A DNA stretch of 64,000 nucleotides from Deltaproteobacteria bacterium (GTDB taxonomy: Bacteria; Myxococcota; Kuafuiibacteriia; Kuafuiibacteriales; Kuafuiibacteriaceae): the NCBI GenBank assembly GCA_040218735.1, contig JAVJQW010000046.1, positions 224,001 through 288,000 on the forward strand, read 5' to 3'. The notes under the pieces are model-generated. The model was not told the origin of the DNA. It did not search any database and saw nothing but the letters and a program-made list of their open reading frames with translations. Each line of letters starts with the position of its first letter. The stretch's first letter is position 1. Both the position numbers and the translations under genes were made by a program. Shown in pieces: positions 17,519 through 27,222 of this stretch.

Positions 17519-19846
17519 CTAGGACGCGCCGAACGTCGCGCCCACGCGCAAGATGAGTTGCCGGCCGGGCTCGTGGGCGTAGTACCGCAGCAGGCTCGTG
17601 TAGTCGCGGTACCGCGCGTTGAGGAGGTTGCTCAGCTCGACGGACGCGTCCCAGTCCACGCCCCCCGCGACGAAGGACACGGCCGCCGACAACCCGAGCA
17701 ACGTGTACGCGTCGGGCGGGGGCGCGAGGTCGATCTTCGCGTCGAAGCCGCCGCGCGAGAAGACGTACGTCGCAGAGGCGGTCGCACTCGCGGAGGTGTC
17801 ACCTTCGAGCAGGTGATACGTCGCGTAGGCCGTGCCGCGGGGGGGCGGGAGGAACGGCACCGACGCCGCGCGTTCGAGGTCGCGCGCGAAGATGGCGGAC
17901 GCGCGCAGGCCCATCTCGACCATCTCCGCGCGGAACGAGCCGTCGAAGTCCGCGCCGCCGAAGAGCACGTTGCGTTGGATGGTCTCGAAGCGAGGGAACA
18001 CCCCGCGGACGAGGACGTCGACGATCGGTTGGCCGTCGGCGTCGAGCGCGGGGGTGAGGCCGATGTAGCCGTCGACGTAGCTCCCGTAGATCGACGCCTC
18101 CGCGCGCAGCGCGTCGCGTCGCAGGACAAACGTCGTCGATGCGCTCCAGCTCGTCTCCGGCGAAGCGTCGGGACGGCCCAGCGCGAGGATCGGAAACGAC
18201 GGGGCAGTACCGTTGATGTACTGCTCGTCGATCGTCGGCATGCGCGACGCCGTCGACAGATCGAGCTTCAACGACGTGAAGTCGTCGAGCCGCAGGAGGC
18301 CGCCCAGCGAGAGTGACGCGGTGTGGAACGTCGACGGACACGCCGCGACGTCGTCGCTCACCGTGCAGTCTTCGGGCGAGAGGCTCCCCCGCGCGACGTG
18401 CCGCTCGTAGGCGTTGTCGCCGAGGTACGCCGTGCGGCGTAGGCCTTCGTACCGCAGCCCGGCCTCCAGCTCGTAGTCGTCGTGGACCCAGCGTTCGACG
18501 GCGAACGCTGCGCCACCCGCCGCGCGGAAGTTCGGAATCAGCGGCAGCCCGTTGAACACGTTGTCCTGCGCGATCGCGAACACCCCCCAGGTGCCGCGCA
18601 GCTCGCTCGAGGGCGTGACCGCCCAGGGGGTGTGCTCGAGCGCGACGTCGACCGTGTGCGTGCGGAGATCGAAGGAGAACTGCGGGCCCTCGATGGAGCG
18701 GCGCACGATGTCGAATTCGTCGCGGAGGTTTCGCTGGAATGCGTAGGTCGCCTCGACGTGCCCGACGTCGGTCTCCGCATCGAACCGCAGCGTACCGACG
18801 TCGTGGGTCACGGCTTGTTTCGGGCGGTCGATTTCGTACGCGACGTCGTATCGTTCGTACCCCTGGGGGCGGTCCCGATTCAGCTGAGCGAGGAAGTCGT
18901 CGTTGGTGTCGTTCTCGACGCAGGTGCAGACGCCGTTCGTCAGATCGTTGTGGCGCAGCGATAGCTCGAGCCCGAACCCCTCGCCTTGGTACTTGGCGCG
19001 CGCGCCGGCGTTCCACTCGAAGACGCCGGTGTTGTCGAGCGGGTAGTCGGGCGTCGACAGCGCAGCGCCGCGGCTGACGTTGCCCTCGATGCGCCAGCTC
19101 AGGGCGTCGAAGTGGTTCCCGTCGACGCGCCCCGCGAACGTACCGCGGCGCCCGTTGAGTGCGCCGACGACGTCCGCGCGCGCTTCGAGGCCCGGCTCCG
19201 TGCGGAGCGCGTGGGGCTCGACGAGCAACACACCCCCGAGCGCGTCGGCCCCGTAGCGCACCGCCGCCGCGCCCTTCACGACGGTGAGCGCACCGGCGGC
19301 GAACGGATCGATCTCCGGTCCGTGGTCGAGGCCCCAGTCCTGGCTCTCGTGCCGCACGCCGTCGAACAGCACCAAGACCCGCGCGCCCGACTGTCCCCGG
19401 ACGATCGGTTTTGCGACCGCGCCGGCGCGGAGCACTTCGACGCCGGACACTTCGGCGAGCGCGTCGGCGAGCGTGCGCCCGCGCGTCCGTGCGAGCGCTT
19501 CACCCTCCAACCGCACCGCGGAGCGGGTGTCCTCTCGCCGCAACGCGGGCGCCGACACCACGACGTCGTCCATGCGCGTGATTCGGTAGGGCTCCAGCGC
19601 CGCGCGGATCGGTGTGGCTCCGTCGGAGCTCACTTGGTGCGGACGGTAGTCCGCGCGTTCGATGATGACGTCCTGTCGTCCGCAGGGGGCGTCGACCGCG
19701 AAGTCTCCACGCACGTCCGTGTTCGTCGAAGTCTCGGCGACGCGAACGCGAGCATCCTCGATCGCTTCGCCGGTCGTCGCGTCCACGACGCGCCCCTCGA
19801 ACGTGCACGCCTGGCTCGCGACGAACAGGAGCCACCACGTGGTCAT
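17519..19846 (-). CDS. TonB-dependent receptor with N-terminal carboxypeptidase-regulatory-like domain
   Basis: GRVVDATTGEAI; plug LADALAEVSGV...KPIVRG, VVKGAAAVRYG; C-terminal NLLNARYRDY...EPGR. Confidence 0.92.
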   Translation of the reverse strand: MTTWWLLFVASQACTFEGRVVDATTGEAIEDARVRVAETSTNTDVRGDFAVDAPCGRQDVIIERADYRPHQVSSDGATPIRAALEPYRITRMDDVVVSAPALRREDTRSAVRLEGEALARTRGRTLADALAEVSGVEVLRAGAVAKPIVRGQSGARVLVLFDGVRHESQDWGLDHGPEIDPFAAGALTVVKGAAAVRYGADALGGVLLVEPHALRTEPGLEARADVVGALNGRRGTFAGRVDGNHFDALSWRIEGNVSRGAALSTPDYPLDNTGVFEWNAGARAKYQGEGFGLELSLRHNDLTNGVCTCVENDTNDDFLAQLNRDRPQGYERYDVAYEIDRPKQAVTHDVGTLRFDAETDVGHVEATYAFQRNLRDEFDIVRRSIEGPQFSFDLRTHTVDVALEHTPWAVTPSSELRGTWGVFAIAQDNVFNGLPLIPNFRAAGGAAFAVERWVHDDYELEAGLRYEGLRRTAYLGDNAYERHVARGSLSPEDCTVSDDVAACPSTFHTASLSLGGLLRLDDFTSLKLDLSTASRMPTIDEQYINGTAPSFPILALGRPDASPETSWSASTTFVLRRDALRAEASIYGSYVDGYIGLTPALDADGQPIVDVLVRGVFPRFETIQRNVLFGGADFDGSFRAEMVEMGLRASAIFARDLERAASVPFLPPPRGTAYATYHLLEGDTSASATASATYVFSRGGFDAKIDLAPPPDAYTLLGLSAAVSFVAGGVDWDASVELSNLLNARYRDYTSLLRYYAHEPGRQLILRVGATFGAS

Positions 19847-20865
19847 CGTCGTCCCATCGCGTCGAGGAGCGACCGCGCGGCACCTTCGTAACGCGTGCCC
19901 TCCAACGTGCGCGCGAGCTTCGTCGCGCGGTCGAACGTGCCGAGCGCGAAGTGTGCATAGGCCAGGCGATACCGCATGACGGCGCTCTCGAGCGCACCCT
20001 CCGGCAGCACCTCACTCGACGCCACGACGCGCGCGTAGCTCTTCCGGTCGAACAGGATCTCGATACGCTGCGGGTCGCGTTTCGCGGCGTCCTCCACCCG
20101 TGCGTTCCAGCGCAGCGCCGCCTCGTACTCCCCCGTCACGCGGTACTGGTCCGCGGCCTCGAACGCATAGTCGCCGCCGAGCTGCGTCGCGCGCTCGAAG
20201 AGGTGGGCCGCGACGTGGTGCGCCTCCGCGACTCCGTACGCGATCCCGAGGTGCGCCCAGATCTCCGCGTCGTCCTCGAATCGGTGCGCCGCCGTCTCCA
20301 GCATCGGCAGCGCGCGACGTGACCCTTCGAAGACGTGGAACAGCGCGAGGGTCTGCGCGCGGTCGAGCCCGACCTCGACGAGTGTCCGTGCCGTGGCGAT
20401 CGCGTGGTGCTCCAGGCCTAGCGCCATCGCGACGTCCGTTCGCTCCAGCAGGATTCGAGGCTCGTCGCGCTCACTCAGCACTTCGAAGGCCTCCTGCAGC
20501 CGGTCGAGTCGCCGAAGCGCACGCGCCATCAGGAGGGGCTTCGCGACCGCGTCGACGTCCGCCCGCCGCGCGAAGTCGAGCGCGGTCTCCGGCCGATCCG
20601 CCAGGAGCGCGGCGTGGCTCGCGTGGAGGAGGAGCCGAGCGTCTTCGGGGGTCGCTTCGAGCGCGCGCGCGAACGCCGCCGTGGCACCCGCGGCGTCGTC
20701 GCGAGCAAGCAGGAGCACGCCTCGCAAGCGATCTTGCAAGCGGGGGTCGAGCGCTTCGATCGCGGCGGCCGCTTCGTCGAGGTGGCCCGCATCGATCATC
20801 CGCTGGACGTCGTCAGCGGAAGGTGCGGCGGCCGAGAGCAGCGCGATGGCGAGCAGCGCGTTCAT
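19843..20865 (-). CDS. Secreted TPR protein (TtpD-like position)
   Basis: ATG 20865 (MNALLAIALLSAAA signal), helical TPR-like repeats; overlaps tonB stop and receptor start. Confidence 0.75.
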   Translation of the reverse strand: MNALLAIALLSAAAPSADDVQRMIDAGHLDEAAAAIEALDPRLQDRLRGVLLLARDDAAGATAAFARALEATPEDARLLLHASHAALLADRPETALDFARRADVDAVAKPLLMARALRRLDRLQEAFEVLSERDEPRILLERTDVAMALGLEHHAIATARTLVEVGLDRAQTLALFHVFEGSRRALPMLETAAHRFEDDAEIWAHLGIAYGVAEAHHVAAHLFERATQLGGDYAFEAADQYRVTGEYEAALRWNARVEDAAKRDPQRIEILFDRKSYARVVASSEVLPEGALESAVMRYRLAYAHFALGTFDRATKLARTLEGTRYEGAARSLLDAMGRR

Positions 20866-21512
20866 CGCAACCGGAACACCATCCGTTGTTCGATCGTGCT
20901 GGCGAGCGGCTTGCCGTCGAGCTGCGCGGGTCGGAAGACGTAGCGTCGCACCGCCGCGACGGCGGCGGATTCGAAGACGCCCTCCGGAGTGGCAGAGACG
21001 ACGACCACGTCCACCACGCGTCCGTCCGCGTCCAGCCTCAGCCGCATCACGACCTCCCCCTCGATGCCGCGACGCCGCGCGGCCGACGGGTAACGCGGCG
21101 CGGGCCGACGCACCGCGCGCGCCGGGGTGTCTGGTTCCCCGGGGGGCGAGGCTTCGGGCGCGACGCCGGGGAGCGCGCCGAGGGCGAGCTGAAGACCGCC
21201 GAGGCCCTCGAGCGCCGATCCCATCGCGTGCACCGGGTGCTGCTCTCCGTACTCGGGGATGCGGGCGGGCTCCAGCTGAGGTGCTGGCGCGGCGACCCGC
21301 GCAGCGGGGGCCTGCGGCTCGGGGATCTGCGCGAGGTGTGGCGCCGGAGGGGGGCGAGGCGCGGGCGCGACGGTCACCGGCCCACGACGGACGGCTTCCT
21401 GCTCCGGCGGGTGCGGCGGCGGGGTGTTCACCCACGCGACGAGGACGAGGCTCGCGGCGGTCGTCGCGACGCCGACGAACAACGAGCCACCGCGCCGGAG
21501 GAACCGCATCAC
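20862..21512 (-). CDS. tonB: Energy transducer TonB
   Basis: TM, Pro-rich spacer, PRYPSAARRRGIEGEV...FRPA TonB_C. Confidence 0.9.
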   Translation of the reverse strand: MMRFLRRGGSLFVGVATTAASLVLVAWVNTPPPHPPEQEAVRRGPVTVAPAPRPPPAPHLAQIPEPQAPAARVAAPAPQLEPARIPEYGEQHPVHAMGSALEGLGGLQLALGALPGVAPEASPPGEPDTPARAVRRPAPRYPSAARRRGIEGEVVMRLRLDADGRVVDVVVVSATPEGVFESAAVAAVRRYVFRPAQLDGKPLASTIEQRMVFRLR

Positions 21513-21916
21513 TCCTGCTCCACCGACAGCGCAACTTGGCTTGCGCCCGCGAGTCGGCAGTCGTCCATCACGTCTACGAGCGTCGCGGCGTCGACGGCGC
21601 GGTCCGCGACGACGAGCACCGACTTCTCGGCGTAGTGCGAGAGGCGGTCCTTCACCTCGGCCTGGAGTCGCCAGGGACTCGTGGGGCGACCGTCCACCGT
21701 CAGCTCGTGCTGGTCGCGGACGGCGACTCGCACGATCTGGTTAGGGAGCTCGCGCCCCGACGCCGCCGCCGGTCGATCCACGTCGATACCGAGGTCACGC
21801 GCAAACGTCGTCGTGACCACGAAGAAGATCAGGAGGATGAACACGATGTCGATCAGGGGCGCGACGTTGGGTTCGTCCGACGCGGTCGGCCCGCCGCTGA
21901 CTTCGCCGAGCCTCAT
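21509..21916 (-). CDS. exbD: Biopolymer transporter ExbD
   Basis: NVAPLIDIVFILLIFFVVTTTF, VVADR. Confidence 0.93.
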   Translation of the reverse strand: MRLGEVSGGPTASDEPNVAPLIDIVFILLIFFVVTTTFARDLGIDVDRPAAASGRELPNQIVRVAVRDQHELTVDGRPTSPWRLQAEVKDRLSHYAEKSVLVVADRAVDAATLVDVMDDCRLAGASQVALSVEQE

Positions 21917-22419
21917 CGCGTGCCCCCCCGCAGGAGGAGGGTGCGCGCGCGGTCGAGCTCGGCGGCGAGGCGGAGCTCGCGCCGCTCGAGCAGGCGCGAA
22001 GCGACCAGACCCGGCGCCCCGATGACGAGGCCGAGCTGAGTCGTCACGAGGGCGGTGCTGATACCGCCCGCGACGCTCGACTCCGTCCCGACGGAGCCGC
22101 CGTGTAACGAGCCGAACATCTCGACCATCCCGCCGACGGTGCCGAGGAGGCCCAACAACGGCGCCACCGCCGCCAGGACGCGGAGGACACTCCGATACTG
22201 CGCGAGGCGATCCCGGGCGCGCTCGTGCAGCACGGCCAGGCCGAGCCTTGCGTCACGCGCCTCCGCGACGAACGTCGAGACGACGCCCGAAGGCCCGTGC
22301 GGATCGAGCAGCGCCGACCAGCGCAGCGTGATCGCCGTCCACAGCAGCACCGAAACCGCGACGAGCGCCCAGCTCACCCAGCCCCCTTGCTGCAAGATGA
22401 CTTGCACGCGGTCGATCAC
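21913..22419 (-). CDS. exbB: MotA/TolQ/ExbB proton channel protein
   Basis: APLLGLLGTVGGM, GISTALVTTQLGL. Confidence 0.88.
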   Translation of the reverse strand: MIDRVQVILQQGGWVSWALVAVSVLLWTAITLRWSALLDPHGPSGVVSTFVAEARDARLGLAVLHERARDRLAQYRSVLRVLAAVAPLLGLLGTVGGMVEMFGSLHGGSVGTESSVAGGISTALVTTQLGLVIGAPGLVASRLLERRELRLAAELDRARTLLLRGGTR

Positions 22420-23633
22420 GACTTCGACCCCTTCAACCGATCCACGACCGCGGTCTCGATGCGGCCGAGGAGCCGGCCCACCGCGCGGTGCAGACCGGTG
22501 TGGAAGAGTAGGGCGGGCACCGCGACCATGAGCCCGAGCTGCGTGGTGAGGAGCGCCTCCGAGATTCCGCCCGATAGGAGGCGAGGGTCTCCGGTGCCGT
22601 GCTCGGTGATGACGGCGAACGTGCCGATCATCCCGGTCACCGTCCCGAGGAGCCCGAGGAGCGGGGCCACCGCAGCGATCAGCGCGAGGAACGAGAGGCC
22701 CCGCAGCAGGCGGGCCTTCAGGCGCAACAGCACATCGACGGCGTCGTCCTCTGCCGTCTCGGCCGGACCGCCGAACACGTCGTGGAGGCGGTCGAGGTGT
22801 TCATCGCCGGTCTTGGCGTCCGGGTTGCGGACAAACGCCGCCGCGGTCGTTCGCCAGCGCAGCAGGTACAGCGAGCGCTCGCCGATCAACACCACGCCGA
22901 TCGCCGCGAGGAGCAACAACGGCCACATGATGAAGCCGCCCGATTCGACCCAGTCGAGCGCGGTCCGCTCCACGTACCGATCGACCGTGGGTGGCTCGCG
23001 GGGATCGAAGAGCACCAGGTTCACACCGCTGATGTCGCCGATCGCCGTCACGTCGTTCGCACGCTCGGGCACCTCGGCCCACGCACCGTCCGCGACTTGC
23101 ACCAGCGGCCGCGCGGGGTGCGTCCAGGTCACGGCTCCCACCGCGCCGATCCGCAACACGTCGGCGCGCTGCGGCGCGCCGGCGGCGTCGAAGTATTCGG
23201 TGTTGGTGTCGAGGTGTACGCGGAAGCGCTGGCGCACGCGGGCCAGCGCGGCGTCGACACGTTCGACGAGCGGAGGCCCGTCACCGATCTGGAGTCCGCG
23301 CGCGTCGGCGTAGGTACGTATCTGCTCGTCGAGCTGCACGAGCTGACGCGCCTGATCCTCGGCGTAGTGCAGACGTTCGTCGTGGGGGAGCGCCTCGGTC
23401 GCCTCGGCGTTTTGGGCGCGCAGCTTCACGAGCTGCTCGGTGAGACGCTCGATGTCGCCGGCCACGGCGTTCTTCGCCGCCTTTGTGTTCTTCTCGGCCC
23501 GTTCGAGCGTCTCCTCCAGCTGCTTCTTCTCGCGCTGGAGGACGTCGATCTCCTGGTCCAGCGCGGACGACAGATCCCCGGCCCACGCCGGGGACGCCGC
23601 ACACAGCACCAGGAGCGCCGGGCCGAGCCTCAC
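22416..23633 (-). CDS. Long MotA/TolQ/ExbB protein with periplasmic coiled coil (TtpC-like)
   Basis: GTG 23633 signal peptide, coiled coil, VLFDP, APLLGLLGTVTGMI, GGISEALLTT. Confidence 0.82.
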   Translation of the reverse strand: MRLGPALLVLCAASPAWAGDLSSALDQEIDVLQREKKQLEETLERAEKNTKAAKNAVAGDIERLTEQLVKLRAQNAEATEALPHDERLHYAEDQARQLVQLDEQIRTYADARGLQIGDGPPLVERVDAALARVRQRFRVHLDTNTEYFDAAGAPQRADVLRIGAVGAVTWTHPARPLVQVADGAWAEVPERANDVTAIGDISGVNLVLFDPREPPTVDRYVERTALDWVESGGFIMWPLLLLAAIGVVLIGERSLYLLRWRTTAAAFVRNPDAKTGDEHLDRLHDVFGGPAETAEDDAVDVLLRLKARLLRGLSFLALIAAVAPLLGLLGTVTGMIGTFAVITEHGTGDPRLLSGGISEALLTTQLGLMVAVPALLFHTGLHRAVGRLLGRIETAVVDRLKGSKS

Positions 23634-24382
23634 TTCGGAGCCCCCTCGTACACGAGGACGCGCTGGGGCCCCTGCACTCGGTTCGTCTCGAACGCGGCGA
23701 ACAGCGACTCCACGATCACCTTCGCCTCGTCGTCCTCGAGCCATTCGAAGCGCCACCCCGCGTCGCCGTTCGGCCGCGCCCACCCGAGCCGACCGTCGGT
23801 CGCGCGGAAGTACATCAGCGCCATCGAGACGTGCACGACATCGACGAGGCGCCGCTCGCCGCCGATCGAGACCGTCTGCTGTGCGCGCCCCGTCTCACGT
23901 CCGAGCGCCTCCTCCTCTTCGACGAAGCGCCACAACCGGGAGAGCGCCCCCGAGAGATCCGGGTGCTGCCCCTCCAGCTCGCGTTCGATGCGCTGAAGCT
24001 GCTCGAGGCGCTCCACCGCCTTGTAGGGGAGCGACACGTGGACGTGGGCTTTCGCCTTCGCCACCGCTTGGCGGATCGGGTCGCGCCACTTCTCCGTGCC
24101 GTCCTCCAGGCCCATCGCCCGGTCGCGCCGCTCCTGTGCGAGCTGCGCGAGGGTCTGCGATCGGATCTGCTCGAGCCGAAGCTGTCGCTCGAGGTCCGCG
24201 CGCTCCGCGTGGAGCGCCGCGAGATCGTCTTGCGCGCGCCGCCGCTGGTCGCGGAGGCGTTCGGCGATCTCGTCGACCTCGATACGAAGACGGCTCACGC
24301 GGTCCGCCCGATCCCCGGGCGGCGCAGCGTGCGCCGTCGCGCTCGCGAACAACACGAGCGCGACGAACACCACGCGGCGCAT
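23630..24382 (-). CDS. DUF3450 family periplasmic coiled-coil protein (TtpB-like)
   Basis: Signal peptide, coiled coil, LPY...ERL motif; position just upstream of the TtpC-like gene. Confidence 0.75.
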   Translation of the reverse strand: MRRVVFVALVLFASATAHAAPPGDRADRVSRLRIEVDEIAERLRDQRRRAQDDLAALHAERADLERQLRLEQIRSQTLAQLAQERRDRAMGLEDGTEKWRDPIRQAVAKAKAHVHVSLPYKAVERLEQLQRIERELEGQHPDLSGALSRLWRFVEEEEALGRETGRAQQTVSIGGERRLVDVVHVSMALMYFRATDGRLGWARPNGDAGWRFEWLEDDEAKVIVESLFAAFETNRVQGPQRVLVYEGAPK

Positions 24383-24384
24383 GG

Positions 24385-24987
24385 CTACTGGACCGTCACG
24401 TCGAACGTGACCGACACGTCGCTGTCCCCGGGCAAGGCAGTGATGCCACCCGACGCCGCGGTGCTCGCGAGATCCGCGACCTTGAGCACCCCGTCTTCGC
24501 TCGGGAGGTGACGCAGCGTCAGCGTCAGCGATCCCGTGCCGGCCCGCTCCGCGACGATCGTGTTGTCGAGGCCGACCGGCAGCCCGTCGTCGTCCATATC
24601 CGCGTAGCTGTGGGTGAGGATCGCGTCCGTGTTGCTCGTCGCGGGGCCGCTCACCGCGTCCCCGGTGAAGAACAGCTGGTGCTCGTCGGCCTCCTCACGG
24701 ACCTCCGCCGTGATGTCCTCGGCCGGAGACTCCAGCCCGTTCTCGAGCTGCACCGTGACCGCGTAGGTGGAGCTGGCCGTCAGCGCGATGCCGTCGATCG
24801 TGGGCGCCGCACCGCCGTCGCCGTCGGGGTCGTTGAAGGTGGCCACGACGCGGTCGACGCCCGCGGTGAACGTGAGGCGTACGATCGTGATGACCTCCTG
24901 TTCGTTGTGGTCGTGCGGATCCGTGACATCGCTTCCGCAGGCAGAGATGAAGAGAGCGGCGGCCGCCGCCGAAATGAGCTTGTGCAT
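24385..24987 (-). CDS. His-containing lipoprotein associated with TonB-dependent uptake
   Basis: Lipobox ISAC, HDHNEQEVIT, DPDGDGG, EEADEHQLFF, LRHLP; SD GGAGGA upstream. Confidence 0.8.
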   Translation of the reverse strand: MHKLISAAAAALFISACGSDVTDPHDHNEQEVITIVRLTFTAGVDRVVATFNDPDGDGGAAPTIDGIALTASSTYAVTVQLENGLESPAEDITAEVREEADEHQLFFTGDAVSGPATSNTDAILTHSYADMDDDGLPVGLDNTIVAERAGTGSLTLTLRHLPSEDGVLKVADLASTAASGGITALPGDSDVSVTFDVTVQ

Positions 24988-25058
24988 AGGTAGTCCTCCG
25001 GCGCACGCACGTCGGCGCGCGCATCACCAAATCGATATCGAGACGTTGTCGCGAGCGA

Positions 25059-25430
25059 TCAGGCGGTTGGAGGTGAGGACTTCGGCGCGAGACGCAGGAG
25101 CGCGATGGGGTGCGCGACCCAGGCCGTGGCCGCTGCCGACGAGCCCAGGTAGGCGACGGTGCCGCTCGAACCCGGCCGCACGTCGTCCTGCGACGCGTCC
25201 ACCGAGAAGTCGGCGACGCAGTGATCCGCGTGCGCCTCCTCGGCCGGCAGCGCCGCCCAGGACGGTACCGCGGGTGTGTCCGCCGCGTGGTCCTGTGCGT
25301 GGATGCGTTCCCCGTGTTCGGGGCAAATCGCGTGTTCGCGCTCCTCGTGAGCCGCCGCGCCGAGCTGCGCGCCCACGAAGAAGGTCATCACCGCGATGGC
25401 GGCGATGCGCTGCGAAACCGATCGCATCAC
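25059..25430 (-). CDS. Small His/Cys-rich exported protein / putative leader peptide (DUF2946/CutF/CruR-like architecture)
   Basis: Signal-like N-terminus, HEEREHAICPEHGERIH, HADHC, C-terminal APKSSPP; start 25436, 25430 or 25427. Confidence 0.7.
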   Translation of the reverse strand: MMRSVSQRIAAIAVMTFFVGAQLGAAAHEEREHAICPEHGERIHAQDHAADTPAVPSWAALPAEEAHADHCVADFSVDASQDDVRPGSSGTVAYLGSSAAATAWVAHPIALLRLAPKSSPPTA

Positions 25431-25435
25431 TCTCA

Positions 25436-25464
25436 CCGGTACGAGCCGTGATGGCCGTTGTCAA
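25436..25464 (-). promoter_or_regulatory. Candidate sigma70 promoter for the leader/TonB operon
   Basis: Minus strand TTGACA-17 nt-TACCGG; perfect -35, weak -10. Confidence 0.45.
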
Positions 25465-25466
25465 TG

Positions 25467-25847
25467 TTACTCGATGTCGTCGAGGCTGATCGGGAACAGG
25501 TTGCAGCCGTCCGGGGACAGATCGAAGCGCTCGTCGTCCCGCGCGATCACGTCGCCCAGGTCGTCGTAGCCGACGATCAGCACGTACAGCTCCGTGGACT
25601 CCGCGATCGGTGGATCCAGCTCCACGCCGATCGAAGTCATCCCGTCGTCGAGGCCGTCACCGATCGCGTAGGTACGCTTCACCCGCTGGTCCGCCCACTC
25701 GATGGACACCTCGATGTCCGTGACGGTCCCGTCCACGTCATCGTCGACGGTGATCTCCAGCTCGAACGCCGGCGGGTGCTCCCGACACACGTCGAGGTCA
25801 CACGCCGCGAGCGCCCACGAGACCGCGAAGAGCGCGAGCCACCGCAC
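25467..25847 (-). CDS. Small acidic lipoprotein
   Basis: GTG 25847: VRWLALFAVSWALAAC lipobox. Confidence 0.65.
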   Translation of the reverse strand: MRWLALFAVSWALAACDLDVCREHPPAFELEITVDDDVDGTVTDIEVSIEWADQRVKRTYAIGDGLDDGMTSIGVELDPPIAESTELYVLIVGYDDLGDVIARDDERFDLSPDGCNLFPISLDDIE

Positions 25848-25848
25848 G

Positions 25849-26331
25849 TCAGAACCGCTCCCAGTCCCGCGTCGACGTGTTGCCCAACTCACCCTCCGGG
25901 ACGAAGTCACCGCCGCTCGCCAGCACGAATCCCGTCGCGACGACCGCTGCGGCGACCACCCCCGCCAACGCGAGGAACCACGTCCGCGTGATGATCGGCG
26001 CGCCTTGCCCCTCCTGGTCGGTGCGAATGCCGAGCCGCTCCGCCGGGCTGATGCGCGGGATCGCGCGCGGCGTCACGACCGCTTCGATCCGCGAGAACGC
26101 GTCCTTCTCGATCGTCACCCGCGCGACGAACCGGCCGTAGCCGATCTCCTCGACCTCGACCTCGTGCTCCCCCACGGGCAGGCGCAGCGTCGGCATCGGC
26201 GTCCGCCCCACGCGTCGACCGTCCACGCGCACGATCGCGCCCTGCGCGTCCGTCACGACGAGCAGGTAACCGAAGTCGGCGGTTGTCGTGCTGGTCTGCG
26301 CGAGCGCGAGGAGGAGGAGCGCGGGCGTCAC
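25849..26331 (-). CDS. PEGA domain protein
   Basis: GAIVRVDGRRVGRTP...LPVGEHEVEV...GY; C-terminal TM. Confidence 0.8.
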   Translation of the reverse strand: MTPALLLLALAQTSTTTADFGYLLVVTDAQGAIVRVDGRRVGRTPMPTLRLPVGEHEVEVEEIGYGRFVARVTIEKDAFSRIEAVVTPRAIPRISPAERLGIRTDQEGQGAPIITRTWFLALAGVVAAAVVATGFVLASGGDFVPEGELGNTSTRDWERF

Positions 26332-26334
26332 GCC

Positions 26335-27213
26335 CTAACGCTTAGCACCCCCACGCTTCGGGAAGAAGCGCGGGTGTTTGATGCTGCCGGTCATCGCGTA
26401 GCTGTAGAACCCGTCGGAACCCTTCGCGCTGCGGATGTTCTGGAGCAACGCGCCGAGCAGCGGCTCCTTCTTCAGGAACGCGTCGGTGGGCTGAAAGCTC
26501 ACGACCAGGTTGAGCACGCTGCGCGAGAAGTCCTTGTTGAGGGTGATCTCACCGTCGAGCTTCACCTCGACGTTCTCACCCTTCATCTCCTGCTTCTCGA
26601 ACAGCAGCTTCCCGTTCTTCACCGGGACCGACCAGTCGAGGTTACCGAGCGCGAGCGCCGGCACCGGGAAGCCGGACACTTTGCCCCCCTCCAGCAGCTC
26701 CAGGCCCGAACCCTTCAGCTCGATGAGCCCCGAGGACTTCTTCACGTCCTCCTTCGACAGCTCCAGGTCGATCTTCGCGTCGACCGTCCCGCTGAGCGGG
26801 AGACCGATCGCGTCCGCCGCGCCGGGCACCAACGCGAGCTCGACGCCCGCGATCGTCGCGTCGACGCTCGTCCCCGAGCTGCCGTCGGAGAAGTCCGCCT
26901 CGACGAGCCCCTTCGCGATCGGGAGCTCGACGTTCGCGCCGACGCCGCCGCTGATCAGCGCCAACACGTGCGCGCGCGCGTCGATCTCCGCCAGCTCGAT
27001 CGGGTCGGGGGACTTCGGCATCTGAATCTTCACGCCTTCCGCGTGCACGCCCGTCACCCAGCTCGGCTCGAGCTTCTTGGCGGTGATGGTGGCGCCGGTC
27101 GCGCGCGAGACCTCCGCGAGCGCTCGCCCCTTCGCGTCCTCCCAGGGGAACGTGAGGTAGAGCGCGCAGAGGAACGCGAAGATGGAGAAGAGGGCATAAC
27201 CGAGATACTTCAC
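26335..27213 (-). CDS. gspN: Type II secretion system protein GspN
   Basis: LYLTFPW N-terminal anchor; last gsp gene of the operon. Confidence 0.8.
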   Translation of the reverse strand: MKYLGYALFSIFAFLCALYLTFPWEDAKGRALAEVSRATGATITAKKLEPSWVTGVHAEGVKIQMPKSPDPIELAEIDARAHVLALISGGVGANVELPIAKGLVEADFSDGSSGTSVDATIAGVELALVPGAADAIGLPLSGTVDAKIDLELSKEDVKKSSGLIELKGSGLELLEGGKVSGFPVPALALGNLDWSVPVKNGKLLFEKQEMKGENVEVKLDGEITLNKDFSRSVLNLVVSFQPTDAFLKKEPLLGALLQNIRSAKGSDGFYSYAMTGSIKHPRFFPKRGGAKR

Positions 27214-27222
27214 TTCGCGGTC

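Noticed and set aside
25460-25480. AATGTTAC, a possible Zur-box half-site
   Set aside because: There is no matching second half, and it overlaps a stop codon
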